This document shows, piece after piece, positions 11,044 through 21,303 of a stretch of DNA of 64,000 nucleotides. The notes beneath the pieces are model-generated. The model made no database searches. It saw only the letters and a program-made list of their open reading frames with translations, and was not told the DNA's origin. Source of the stretch: an uncultured Methanoregulaceae archaeon (GTDB taxonomy: Archaea > Halobacteriota > Methanomicrobia > Methanomicrobiales > Methanospirillaceae); NCBI GenBank assembly GCA_963737635.1, contig CAVTTL010000001.1, positions 2,272,001 to 2,336,000 of the forward strand, read 5' to 3'. Within the stretch, counting starts at the first letter, position 1, and the number at the start of each line of letters is the position of its first letter. Position numbers and translations under genes: made by a program.

Positions 11044-12354
11044 TTATGCAAACATCCGCCCTTCTACGTCAGGATGGGTACGGCTGAAATCAATACGAAC
11101 CTTTTCGATTGCCTGCAGGAAATCCTCACTGGTAATCGCGGTACGCTCGTTCCTGATGGCGTACATCCCGGCTTCCATGCAGATCGCACGGAGGTCCGCC
11201 CCATTCTTTCCTTCGGTGAGGTCCGCTATTTCCTGGAGATTAACCGTGTTATCCATGGTGAGGGACCGGCTATGGACCTTCAAGATGGAAAGCCGGCCTT
11301 CTTCATCAGGAAGCGGGATCTCTATGATCCGGTCAAACCTGCCTGGCCGGAGCAGTGCCTTATCGAGGATATCAATCCGGTTCGTCGCTCCGATAATTTT
11401 CACGTCGCCCCGGTTCTCAAACCCGTCCATGCCGGCGAGGAGCTGCATGAGAGTGCGCTGTACTTCACGGTCTCCCGAAGTATTCGCCTCGGTGCGCGAG
11501 GCGCCCACTGCATCGATCTCATCGATGAAGATAATTGTCGGAGATTTCTTCTTTGCAAGGTCGAAGAGTTCGCGGACAAGACGGGCGCCCTCTCCGATAT
11601 ATTTCTGGACAAGCTCGCTTCCCACAACCCGCATGAAATGCGCATTCGTTTCGTGGGCAACTGCCTTTGCAAGCAGTGTTTTTCCGGTCCCCGGTGGCCC
11701 ATGAAGCAGAACACCCTTGGGAGGTTCGATCCCAATCTGGGTGAAAAGCTCGGGGCGCTTGAGGGGGAGCTCCACTGCCTCGCGGATTTCATTTATCTGC
11801 TCTTTTAACCCCCCGATATCAGAATAACTTTCCTGCGGGGAATCCACTAGTTCCATACCATAGACTTGTGCGTCAAAAGAACTCGGCAAAAGTTCGACAA
11901 TGGCAAGAGACTGCTGGTTAAGCGTGCAACGGACACCGGACTTAAGATCACCCGGGTTAATACTGGGAGAACTTCGCACTAAGAACCTTGGTCCGGCACT
12001 GCTCCTGACAATAACCCGGGTGGCATCGACTACATCAACGATGGTTCCGATGATAAGCGGCGGGCTCCTGAGCTGTTCGCTCTCGCTCTTGAGTTTCCTT
12101 ACCTCCCGCTCGTACCGGATCTTCTGGGTCTCGATATATCGTTTGTCCGCCTCAATTTGGCGGATCTGCTCGCGGAGCTCAAGGTTGCGTGACTCAAGAC
12201 CGGTCACCCGTTCCAGCATCTGGGTCTCGAGATCCTGTTTGTCGTTCTCGATCCTCTGGAGCTGGTCACGGAGCTGTTCAGTGAGGGTGCGGTACAGCCT
12301 ACACAGTTCTTCCGGGGTCTGTGCATCGGCGGTGTCGCGGAGAATATCGCCCAT
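11044..12354 (-). CDS. pan: Proteasome-activating nucleotidase, paralog 2 (long N-terminal coiled coil)
   Basis: [22 protein letters not shown]; C-terminal MFA. Confidence 0.93.
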   Translation of the reverse strand: MGDILRDTADAQTPEELCRLYRTLTEQLRDQLQRIENDKQDLETQMLERVTGLESRNLELREQIRQIEADKRYIETQKIRYEREVRKLKSESEQLRSPPLIIGTIVDVVDATRVIVRSSAGPRFLVRSSPSINPGDLKSGVRCTLNQQSLAIVELLPSSFDAQVYGMELVDSPQESYSDIGGLKEQINEIREAVELPLKRPELFTQIGIEPPKGVLLHGPPGTGKTLLAKAVAHETNAHFMRVVGSELVQKYIGEGARLVRELFDLAKKKSPTIIFIDEIDAVGASRTEANTSGDREVQRTLMQLLAGMDGFENRGDVKIIGATNRIDILDKALLRPGRFDRIIEIPLPDEEGRLSILKVHSRSLTMDNTVNLQEIADLTEGKNGADLRAICMEAGMYAIRNERTAITSEDFLQAIEKVRIDFSRTHPDVEGRMFA

Positions 12355-12408
12355 CGGTTCCTCAATTAGTTATATAGGGAAATCGTCATATAAAGTGTTT
12401 GTGAGATT
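12355..12408. promoter_or_regulatory. Compact bidirectional promoter between pan and mbf1
   Basis: 54-bp gap between divergent ATGs with TTATATA and TATAAA boxes. Confidence 0.5.
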
Positions 12409-12914
12409 ATGCAGTGCGAAATGTGTGGAGAAACAATTCGCGGCATCCCGAAACTGATCCGTGTGGAGGGCGCAGAACTGCAGGTCTGCAGCCGTTGTGG
12501 AAAATTCGGTACCGAAGTGCAGCAGCCCCGGAGAGCGGACGTGCAGCGACCGGCCGGTCTGCGCAAGGGGCTGCCAAGGCGCCGGCAGGACTTCCTGTGC
12601 AGCGGAAACGAGATATGTTCGATTACATGGAAGGCGAGATAGCTGAGGATTATGCCGAACGGGTAAAGAACGCCCGGATGGAAAAAGGTCTCTCCCAGAA
12701 GGATCTTGCCTTGCAGCTGATGGTGCGGGAGCTGCTCATAAAAAAGATCGAAAAAGGGGAACTGATTCCTGAAGAAGAAGTCAGGAGAAAACTTGAGAAA
12801 GTTCTCGGCATCAAGTTGGTCGATGTACTCACGACAGATGCGGAGAAAAAGACCCAGGGGAAAATTACCCAAACCCTTGGCGATCTTACTATCATCCGGA
12901 AATCTAAGAAATAA
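12409..12914 (+). CDS. mbf1: Archaeal multiprotein bridging factor 1; apparent frameshift near 12560
   Basis: CEMCG...CSRC zinc ribbon in one frame; HTH (ARMEKGLSQKDLA...IEKG) and TLGD tail in the next. Confidence 0.88.
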
Positions 12915-13045
12915 CCACGAGAATATCTCCATTTTATGCATTTGAGTCCCTGAAGGACAACCGTTATCATGTTTTGTCTTAAAGGGAAGTACCAATAGCA
13001 GTTAAGATCCAGATAAGATTGCAAGGGACCGGGCCCAAGATTGGT

Positions 13046-15347
13046 ATGATCTCTATACTCTATGTCGATGATGAATCGAGCATGCTTGAAATTGGAAAAC
13101 TCTTCCTTGAACGGAACGGTCAGTTTTCTGTCGACATCATCACCTCTGCACCGGCGGCACTTGGCCTGCTTGCCGCAAAAAACTTCGATGCCATCGTCTC
13201 GGATTACCAGATGCCCGTAATGGACGGGATCGAATTCTTAAAAAAAGTCCGGGCTTCGGGAAAGACCATCCCCTTTATCCTTTTTACCGGGAAAGGACGG
13301 GAAGAGATCGTTATTCAGGCGCTCAATGAAGGCGCAGATTTCTACCTCCAGAAAGGTGGGGACCCTCTCTCTCAGTTTACTGAGCTCTGCATTCAAGCTC
13401 CGGCATGCCATCCAGAAACGATGGGCGGAAGATCGCCTCCAGGCCCAGGAAAAGCGTGAAGCAGAAATCATTAACTTCCTGCCCGATCCCACCTTTGCCA
13501 TTGACCGGACAGGAACGGTCATTGTGTGGAACCGGGCGATGGAGGAAATGACCGGGGTCAGGCCTTCAGAAATCCTTGGAAGAAATAACTATGAGCATGC
13601 TCTTGCGGTATACCACGAACGCCGCTCAATGCTCGCGGATCTCATCCTTACCCCGGATCCTCTCTTCGAGAAAGAGAGGTATATCTATACTCTCCGCGGC
13701 AGCAGGATGCTGACCGCTGAGACGGTTTTCCAGAATGCTGACGGGACAAATGTGCATCTCTGGGGTAAGGCCAGCCTTCTCCTTGGCGAGAAGGAAAACA
13801 TCGTAGGCGCGATAGAATCCATCCGCGACATTACCGATCAAAAAAAGGCGGAAAAGGAACTTCGTGCCGCGTACGAGCAGATTGCCGCAGCCGAGGAAGA
13901 ACTGCGCAGCCAGTACAATAAGCTTACCGAGGACGAGCAGATAATCCGGGAAAACGAGGAAAAATATCGCGAGCTCATCGAAAACGCCAACAGTATAATC
14001 CTCAAGTGGGATGAATCAGGGATAATTACTTTTGCAAATGAATTTGCCCGTGAATTCTTTGGCTTTTCCCACAAGGAAATCATCGGAAAACCGGTTATAG
14101 GTACTATCGTACCTGTCTCTGAATCAGGATCTGACAGAGATCTCCGTCAGATGATTGCTAATATTATCCGCCATCCTGAGGATTACATCGTTAATGAAAA
14201 TGAGAACATCACCCGGGATGGACGGCGTGTCTGGGTCCGGTGGCACAACAAACCCCTTTTTGATGAGAATGGAGCGTTTGCGGGTCTGTTAAGCATCGGT
14301 ACGGATATCACGGAGCATAAACGCATCGACGCTGCACTGAGAGAGAGCGAGGCGAAGTTCCGGGGCATATTTGCAGCTGTTTCAGATGGGCTTGCGTTGA
14401 TAGACCGGGAAGCCGGAACAATTATCGACTGTAATACCGCGGTACCGCTCATGTACGGCTATTCTAAGGATGAAATACTTGGCCTGCCCATGACCGCCCT
14501 TTCAGCCGAATCTGATGCAACACGTGCTGCGATAACAGAGGCGCAACCATATATACGGGACCGGTTTCACAAAAGAAAGGATGGTAGTGTCTTTCCGGTT
14601 GAGATTACCGTAAGTGTCACGTGCCTTCAGGCGCGCGAAGTGATAATCGCCGCTATCCGCGACGTTACCGAGTCCCGGAGGGCAGAAGAAGCGCTCCAAC
14701 AGGCAAACAGGAGTCTCGCTCTCCTTACCCATGTGACGAGGCATGACATCAACAACCAGCTTTTCGCGTTGAACGGTTTTCTTGGGTTACTTCACGAGAA
14801 GGTCAGGGATCCGGCACTTGAGGATTATTTCGCCTGGATCTCCCAGACAAATACCCGGATTTCTTCCATGATCCAGTTCGCTAGTGCGTATGAGACCGTG
14901 AGAAAAACGGATCCCGTATGGCAGGACATACGGATTCTCGCTGAAACTGCAACACACCAGATATCATTGGGGAATGTTATCGTGAAAAATGAGATCCCTG
15001 TCGGAGCGGAAGTTTTTGCCGATCCGCTGATAGTCAAGGTCTTCTATAATCTCATCGACAATTCGATCCGGTACGGAGGTAAGATTACCACGATCCGCTT
15101 CACTCTTATTGACCGGGAGGACAACGGGATTATCGTTTGTGAGGATGACGGTGCCGGTATCCCCAACGAGAATAAGGAGAAGATATTCGACCGCGGCTTT
15201 GGGAAGAATACCGGTCTTGGGCTCTTCCTCTCCCGCGAGATTCTCTCTCTCACCGGAATCACTATCCATGAAAAGGGAGAACCCGGGATGGGAGCACGGT
15301 TTGAGATTACCGTACCAACCGGAGCATACCGGTATACGGTAAAATAA
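13046..15347 (+). CDS. Hybrid receiver-3xPAS-histidine kinase; apparent frameshift near 13387
   Basis: ILYVDDE and DYQMP; HDINNQL H-box, NLIDNS, GLGLF. Confidence 0.87.
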
Positions 15348-15450
15348 TAATGTTGTTAGGCTGTTTTACTCATAATTGGTTGAAGGGTAGTTATTCAGTC
15401 TCGTGAAAGCCAATGGGGAAATCAGGCAAAAAATCGGGACATTCCTGTCT

Positions 15451-15936
15451 CTACCTTTTTTGTGCGACCATTTCTATTTCGACTTTTGCCCCTTTTGGCA
15501 ACCCGGCGACCTGCACAGCAGCCCGGGCCGGGTAAGTACCGTCGAGATAGGTTGCGTAGATCCCGTTGACAGTAGTGAAGTCGCTTATATTTGTGAGGTA
15601 GATCCGGGACTGGACCACGTCCCCAAAGCTGAGACCTGATTGCTGCAGGATTGATCGGAGATTCTCCATTGTCTGTGTGGTCTGCCCTTCAACGCTGCTG
15701 CTGGTGAGGTTTCCCGTCTCTGGATCGATCCCGATCTGTCCTGAAAGGAAAACAAGGTTGCCGGATTGCACGGCTTGGTTATACGGTCCGATCGGTTTTG
15801 GCGCATTTATGGAAAATACTGCCTGAGGTGCGGAATGTACCGACTGGGAAAGGAAAAACCCGGCGAGCACCACACCCGCAAGAATCCCGCAGGCAAACAC
15901 CAGCACGAAGATAAAAATATTTTTATCAGTTGCCAT
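15451..15936 (-). CDS. RidA/YjgF-family protein with N-terminal hydrophobic anchor
   Basis: PIGPYNQAV, LSGQIG, YPARAAV and KVEIE motifs; 20+ residue hydrophobic N-terminus. Confidence 0.85.
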   Translation of the reverse strand: MATDKNIFIFVLVFACGILAGVVLAGFFLSQSVHSAPQAVFSINAPKPIGPYNQAVQSGNLVFLSGQIGIDPETGNLTSSSVEGQTTQTMENLRSILQQSGLSFGDVVQSRIYLTNISDFTTVNGIYATYLDGTYPARAAVQVAGLPKGAKVEIEMVAQKR

Positions 15937-16058
15937 CTGGGGTCACATCCGTGGTAATACACGACTCTCTTTGTGAAAGATATAACTGTCGAAACAATAA
16001 TCGTGGAGGGGTCCCTTTTTGTAGACCAGCTAATGAGGGGGAGCAGCACTGATAAAAA

Positions 16059-16709
16059 TCACGGATTCTTCCGGACCAGACGTGCCCCGAGATCGTACGC
16101 CTTCTGGCAATCTTTCGGGAACTGCACCTCCCGGTGTTTCTTCTTCTCTTCCGGGTCAAAGAGCGTGGAGACATATTTCGAATAATCATCAAACTGGTAC
16201 GTGTCGGTGACAAACATCGACTCGCATGACCCGAAGATCCGTGCCATTGCCATTTCCGTCAGCTGCGCATTCCGGTCAAAGCCCATCTCCTTCACCATCT
16301 CCTCCTTTGCCCCGGCTGTGTAGATGAAACCGGTCCGGATCTTCCTTCCGAAGAGCGTGGACCTCGGGGGGTCATAGACTGAATACTGGTACATCAGCCG
16401 TTCGAGGAAGCACCGGGTCTCTCCGGTAGTGATCGAATAATATATCGGAGAGCCGATCAGGATCGCGTCGGCTGTCTCGACGTTTTTGAAGACTGGAGTG
16501 AGATCGTCTTTCTGGGCGCAGTGCCCGTAGCTCTTTCCTCCGATCCGTTTGCAGGAGAAGCAACTGATGCAACCTCTGTAGTCCAGATCGTACAGGTGGA
16601 TGAGTTCAGTCTCCGCCCCTTCCAACTCAGCGCCTTTACAGGCATGTTCGAGAAGCGTCGCAGTGTTCCACTTTTTCCGGGGGCTCCCGTTGAACGCGAG
16701 AAGTTTCAT
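16059..16709 (-). CDS. Iron-sulfur flavoprotein / flavodoxin family
   Basis: NGSPRKKWNT, CISCFSC...C, GSPIY. Confidence 0.88.
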   Translation of the reverse strand: MKLLAFNGSPRKKWNTATLLEHACKGAELEGAETELIHLYDLDYRGCISCFSCKRIGGKSYGHCAQKDDLTPVFKNVETADAILIGSPIYYSITTGETRCFLERLMYQYSVYDPPRSTLFGRKIRTGFIYTAGAKEEMVKEMGFDRNAQLTEMAMARIFGSCESMFVTDTYQFDDYSKYVSTLFDPEEKKKHREVQFPKDCQKAYDLGARLVRKNP

Positions 16710-16841
16710 AAGAATGTGTCGGAAGCTTAGGATAAAATGGTGAGGGACCTTTTTCCTGATGGTAGTGTGGGGGGGGCGAGAATTTGAAATTTTAATTAGA
16801 AAGAGGATTTAGATTCAAGGCGGAAAACTCCGACCCGCCCA

Positions 16842-16850
16842 TTTTATATA
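16842..16850 (+). promoter_or_regulatory. Probable TATA box of the aro operon
   Basis: TTTTATATA about 25-30 nt upstream of the ATG at 16874. Confidence 0.5.
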
Positions 16851-16873
16851 CCCCGACCATGATACATGTTATC

Positions 16874-16936
16874 ATGCAGGAAGAGTGCGCCAGCGCCCGT
16901 GAGGGTTTTTTCCCTCGGGAATGTCTTTATCCGTAA
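16874..16936 (+). CDS. Candidate leader peptide [20 protein letters not shown]
   Basis: 20-codon uORF at the predicted TSS; Phe-Phe codons lie in the loop of a GAGGG/CCCTC hairpin. Confidence 0.35.
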   Translation: MQEECASAREGFFPRECLYP

Positions 16937-17114
16937 AAGCGCAGCACCCGTCCTTCGCATCAGTAATGCCATTTCTGAAAATGTAAACGCAGGCAGCATC
17001 GGCTATCGCGTTTTTGGCTTTTTTCAGCCTTTTCGGCTTCAGGTATTATCCCTGATACCGGTAATTTCCTTCATATCTGATCTGTTGTTCAGGGCTGAAG
17101 GGGGAGTTGTTGTT

Positions 17115-17906
17115 ATGAGAGGTAAAGAAATTCGTCTGGAACGTATCATGAACCGAAATACGAAAAAAACTGTCATCGTACCGATGGATCACGGTGTCAC
17201 CAACGGCCCGATCCAAGGCCTTATCGACATGGGCCAGACCGTGAACCTTATCGCTGACGGCGGGGCAAACGCGGTTGTCGGCCACGTAGGCCTCGCCCTT
17301 TATGGCCACCGGCAGGGAGGGCGCGACATCGGGCTCATCCTGCACTTGTCGGCCTCTACCTCGCTCGGCCCGGACCCGAACGAGAAGGTGTTGGTGAACT
17401 CGGTGACCAATGCTCTTAAGATGGGCGCCGATGCAGTCTCGATGCACGTCAATATCGGGGCCGAATCTGAGGCCCGGATGCTCCAGGACCTTGGGAATGT
17501 CGCCATCGAGTGCATGGAGTGGGGCATGCCGCTACTTGCGATGATGTATCCGAGAGGAAAAGACATCAAGAAAGAGAACGATGTCGATCAGGTGAAGCTT
17601 GCCGCCCGGGTGGCAGCCGAGCTTGGGGCAGATATCGTAAAGACCGTGTACACCGGCGACCCGGAGTCCTTCCGTGAAGTGACCCGGGGTTGCCCGGTGC
17701 CGCTCGTGGTCGCCGGAGGTTCAAAGACGGATGACCGCACAACACTTGAATTGATCGAAGGCGCAATGGCGGGAGGAGCAGCAGGGATCTCGATCGGCCG
17801 GAACGCCTTCCAGCACCGGACACCGGACAAGTTTGTCCGGGCGGCGGCATGCATCGTGCACCAGAACAAAAGCGCCGAGGAAGCGCTGAAAATCCTCAAC
17901 GGGTAA
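17115..17906 (+). CDS. aroA': DhnA-family aldolase, 2-amino-3,7-dideoxy-D-threo-hept-6-ulosonate synthase (paralog 1)
   Basis: [19 protein letters not shown] Schiff-base Lys, GRNAFQ; first gene of the aro operon. Confidence 0.85.
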   Translation: MRGKEIRLERIMNRNTKKTVIVPMDHGVTNGPIQGLIDMGQTVNLIADGGANAVVGHVGLALYGHRQGGRDIGLILHLSASTSLGPDPNEKVLVNSVTNALKMGADAVSMHVNIGAESEARMLQDLGNVAIECMEWGMPLLAMMYPRGKDIKKENDVDQVKLAARVAAELGADIVKTVYTGDPESFREVTRGCPVPLVVAGGSKTDDRTTLELIEGAMAGGAAGISIGRNAFQHRTPDKFVRAAACIVHQNKSAEEALKILNG

Positions 17907-17916
17907 AGTGGAAATC

Positions 17917-18698
17917 ATGATAGGAAAGGAGATCAGGATCGAACGGATCATGGACAGGAACACGGGACGTGCGGTGATCATCCCGATGGACCATGGCTTT
18001 TCCATGGGACAGATTGACGGCCTGCTGGACATGACTAAGGTCATTACCGATGTGAGTGAGGGAGGGGCAAATGCGATTGTCCTTCATAAGGGCATGGTAA
18101 AAAGAGGACACCGGCGGCACGGCCGGGACATCGGGCTCATCGTGCATCTGTCGGGCAGTACGTCGCTCAACCCGGACCCGAATGACAAGGTGCTTGTCTG
18201 CACGGTGGAAGAGGCAATTGCGCTCGGAGCCGATGCGGTCTCCATCCACATCAACCTCGGCGCCCCAAACGAATCCAAGATGCTTGAGTCCGGGGCGAAG
18301 ATCGCCCGGGACTGCAACCGCTGGGGCATGCCGCTCCTTGTCATGATCTACCCCCGGGGTAAGGGTATCGACCCCAGCTCACCGCAGACCATCGGGCAGT
18401 GCGTGCGGGTAGCTGAAGAGCTGGCGCCGACCTGATCAAAACCAGTTATCCGGGCAGTCCCGAGGCATTTTCCCGGATCACCAAAGCCTGTTCGGTGCCG
18501 GTCTTTGTCGCTGGTGGCGAAAAGATCAGCGACCTTGAATCCCTCGAGATGATTAAGGATTCGGTAGCGGCGGGAGGGGCAGGTGTCTGCATGGGAAGGA
18601 ACGCGTTCCAGCGTGACAACACCCGGGCGTTTGTCCATTCCATCTGCCGCGTCGTACATCATAACGTCGACCCGAAAAAAGCATTGGAGCAGCCGTAA
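17917..18698 (+). CDS. DhnA-family aldolase paralog 2; apparent frameshift near 18424
   Basis: PMDHG, YPRG, EL(G)ADLIKT after restoring one G, GRNAFQ. Confidence 0.82.
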
Positions 18699-19688
18699 AT
18701 GAAGCAGTTCTGGGTGGATGCCCGCCCGTGGAACAAGGAGATCGTAACAACCGCAATTGAGAGCGGGACGGATGCAGTCGTGGCCGACCGGGCCGAAGAA
18801 GTAAAGAGGCTTGGGAGAATCACGACCGTGGCACCGGACGGCGATCTCGTTCCCGGGAAAGACGTGATCGAGTGCACGATCACCGACAAGGCGAGCGAGA
18901 ACGAGGCAGCCGCGAAAGGAAAGAACAAGATCGTTATCGTTACCACGAGTGACTGGACGGTTATCCCGCTCGAAAACCTTGTCGCCCAGTCCGACCGGAT
19001 CATCGCAGCCGTAAAAGACGTCCACGAGGCGGAACTCGCCCTGCACGTCCTTGAAAAAGGAGTGTACGGCATCCTCCTGAAAAACACCGACCCGGCAGTG
19101 GTAAAAGCGGTCGCTTCGCTCATCAAAAGAGAGTCAGGCAGCGTCCGGCTCGTCCCCTTTACCGTGATGAAGATCCAGCCGGTGGGCATGGGTGACCGGG
19201 TCTGCGTGGACACTTGTTCAATGCTTTCTGACGGCGACGGTATGCTGATGGGGAACACTTCATCTGCCATGCTCCTCGTTCATGCCGAGACCCTCGAAAA
19301 CCCATACGTTGCGCCACGCCCGTTCCGGGTGAATGCCGGCGCAGTGCACGCGTACATCCTGCTCCCGGACGGGAAGACGGCGTACCTTTCCGATCTTTCC
19401 ATCGGGGGACAGGTACTCGTTTCTGACAAACGCGGCACCGCCCGATCCGCAATCGTGGGGCGCACCAAAATTGAGCGTCGGCCGCTGCTTCTCGTAGAGG
19501 CAAAGGCAGAAGGTGGGGCAAAAGCGAGCCTGATCCTCCAGAACGCTGAGACCATCCGGCTTGTGACCCCTGAGGGGAATGCCATTTCTGTCGTGAACCT
19601 TGCTGCCGGGAATACGATCCTCGGCTGTGAACTTGAAGGCGGCAGGCACTTTGGCATGCCGGTCAAAGAGACGATCCGCGAGAAGTGA
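18699..19688 (+). CDS. aroB': 3-dehydroquinate synthase II
   Basis: DWTVIPLEN, GDRVCVDTC, RPFRVNAGAVHAY, LQNAET, GRHFG. Confidence 0.93.
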   Translation: MKQFWVDARPWNKEIVTTAIESGTDAVVADRAEEVKRLGRITTVAPDGDLVPGKDVIECTITDKASENEAAAKGKNKIVIVTTSDWTVIPLENLVAQSDRIIAAVKDVHEAELALHVLEKGVYGILLKNTDPAVVKAVASLIKRESGSVRLVPFTVMKIQPVGMGDRVCVDTCSMLSDGDGMLMGNTSSAMLLVHAETLENPYVAPRPFRVNAGAVHAYILLPDGKTAYLSDLSIGGQVLVSDKRGTARSAIVGRTKIERRPLLLVEAKAEGGAKASLILQNAETIRLVTPEGNAISVVNLAAGNTILGCELEGGRHFGMPVKETIREK

Positions 19689-19690
19689 GC

Positions 19691-20515
19691 ATGAAGGCAG
19701 GCATCATTGGCGGCACCGGGAAGATGGGCAGGCTCTTTGTCCCGGTCTTTGAGCGGGCGGGATACGACGTTGTGGTCTCAGGGCGCTCGACAACCATTAC
19801 GAATACTGACATTGCACAGACCTGTGATCTGGTGATCGTCTCAGTTCCCATCCGGGATACCGTGCGGATCATCGGTGAGATCGCACCATTGTTACGGGAG
19901 GATCAGCTTCTCTGCGACTTCACCTCGCTTAAAGCCGGGCCGGTTTCCGCTATGCTCGGATCAAAGGCAGAAGTGATCGGGCTCCACCCGATGTTCGGGC
20001 CGACAGTATCGTCCATCAGAGGCCAGACCATCGTTGTGTGCCCTGTGCGGACGACTGATGTAACACTCAACAATCTCAAAGGCATCTTCCTGCGTGAGGG
20101 TGCGGTATGTACGATCACGGCACCAGAGGAACACGACCGGATGATGGCCATTGTGCAGGGGCTCACCCACTTTGTCACGATCTGCATGGCTGATTCCATT
20201 CGCAGGCTTGGCGTTGATATTCATGAGACCGAGAAGTTCATGAGCCCGGTCTACCAGATCGAACTCTCCCTTGTGGGAAGACTGCTCTCCCAAGATCCGG
20301 CGCTCTATGCCGATATTCTCGAACAGAACCCGTTTGTCCCTGAAGTACTTGCAGCGTGCCGGTCTGCAGCTGCAGAACTTTCAGCGATCGTGAACAGCGG
20401 CGATCCTGAGGCCTTTGCAGAATTCTTTTCCCGCGATACCCGGCATCTCGGTACCTACTGTGAGCGCGGCCAGGTGCTTACTGATGCCCTCATCGATTGT
20501 ATGGTGAAAAAATGA
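19691..20515 (+). CDS. tyrA: Prephenate/arogenate dehydrogenase
   Basis: GIIGGTGKMG, DFTSLK, HPMFGP, EEHDRMMA. Confidence 0.92.
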   Translation: MKAGIIGGTGKMGRLFVPVFERAGYDVVVSGRSTTITNTDIAQTCDLVIVSVPIRDTVRIIGEIAPLLREDQLLCDFTSLKAGPVSAMLGSKAEVIGLHPMFGPTVSSIRGQTIVVCPVRTTDVTLNNLKGIFLREGAVCTITAPEEHDRMMAIVQGLTHFVTICMADSIRRLGVDIHETEKFMSPVYQIELSLVGRLLSQDPALYADILEQNPFVPEVLAACRSAAAELSAIVNSGDPEAFAEFFSRDTRHLGTYCERGQVLTDALIDCMVKK

Positions 20516-21303
20516 GCGTCATCACCCTCGGCCCCGAAGGAACATTCTCCCACGAGCTTGCGCTCAGGCTGAAAAGTGACACGATCGTTCTTGAACCAAC
20601 TATTGCCCGCATCTTTGCCAGCGTGGCAGCAAGTAAAGGAGATGGCATTGTCCCGATTGAGAATTCCGAAGCCGGCGGGGTCGGTGAGACCCTTGATGGC
20701 CTGACGAAGTACCCCCTTTCGATCACTGCCGAGATGTACATGCCGATCCGCCACCATTTTGCTTCCCTTGTGCCGCTTGATAAAATCCGGGTGATCTATG
20801 CCCACCCCCAGACCCACGAGCAGTGCAGCACATGGCTTGAGCAGTGGCAGGTGCCGGTGATCCATACGAGCAGCAACGCATCCAGCGCAATCGAGGCCAA
20901 AAAGACCCCGAACGCCGGGGCGATTATATCAGTCTCGGCGGCAGAGATCTATAAATTGCCCATCATCGCAGAACACATCGAGAACAATCCAGAGAATACA
21001 ACCCGGTTTGTTCGAATTGCAAGAACTCCCGGTCCTGACCACCGGCCCGGTAAGTGCAGCCTCCTCATCGACCCGGATACTGACCGGGCCGGGTTGCTCT
21101 ATGATCTCCTTGGTGTCTTTGCAAAGAGGAAGATCAACCTCACCCGGATCGAATCGCGGCCTTCAAAAAGGGGCATAGGAAAATATGTCTTTTTCCTCGA
21201 CTATGCTACAAATGGGTGCACGGACGAGGCACTCCAGGAACTCGGGGAGATTACCACCATCCGTAAACTGGGGTGTTATCCCAGGATCAAGGTTCCCTTA
21301 TGA
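20512..21303 (+). CDS. pheA: Prephenate dehydratase with ACT domain
   Basis: LGPEGTFSHE, PIENS, NTTRF, INLTRIESRP. Confidence 0.93.
   Translation: MSVITLGPEGTFSHELALRLKSDTIVLEPTIARIFASVAASKGDGIVPIENSEAGGVGETLDGLTKYPLSITAEMYMPIRHHFASLVPLDKIRVIYAHPQTHEQCSTWLEQWQVPVIHTSSNASSAIEAKKTPNAGAIISVSAAEIYKLPIIAEHIENNPENTTRFVRIARTPGPDHRPGKCSLLIDPDTDRAGLLYDLLGVFAKRKINLTRIESRPSKRGIGKYVFFLDYATNGCTDEALQELGEITTIRKLGCYPRIKVPL

Noticed and set aside
10966-11808. Long antisense ORFs (e.g. 10966-11808, 37597-38430, 24964-25908)
   Set aside because: Shadows of well-supported genes on the opposite strand, with no recognisable motifs.
15451-15936. RidA as the missing chorismate mutase (shared YjgF/AroH fold)
   Set aside because: The sequence has RidA signatures, not AroH ones, and lies outside the operon.
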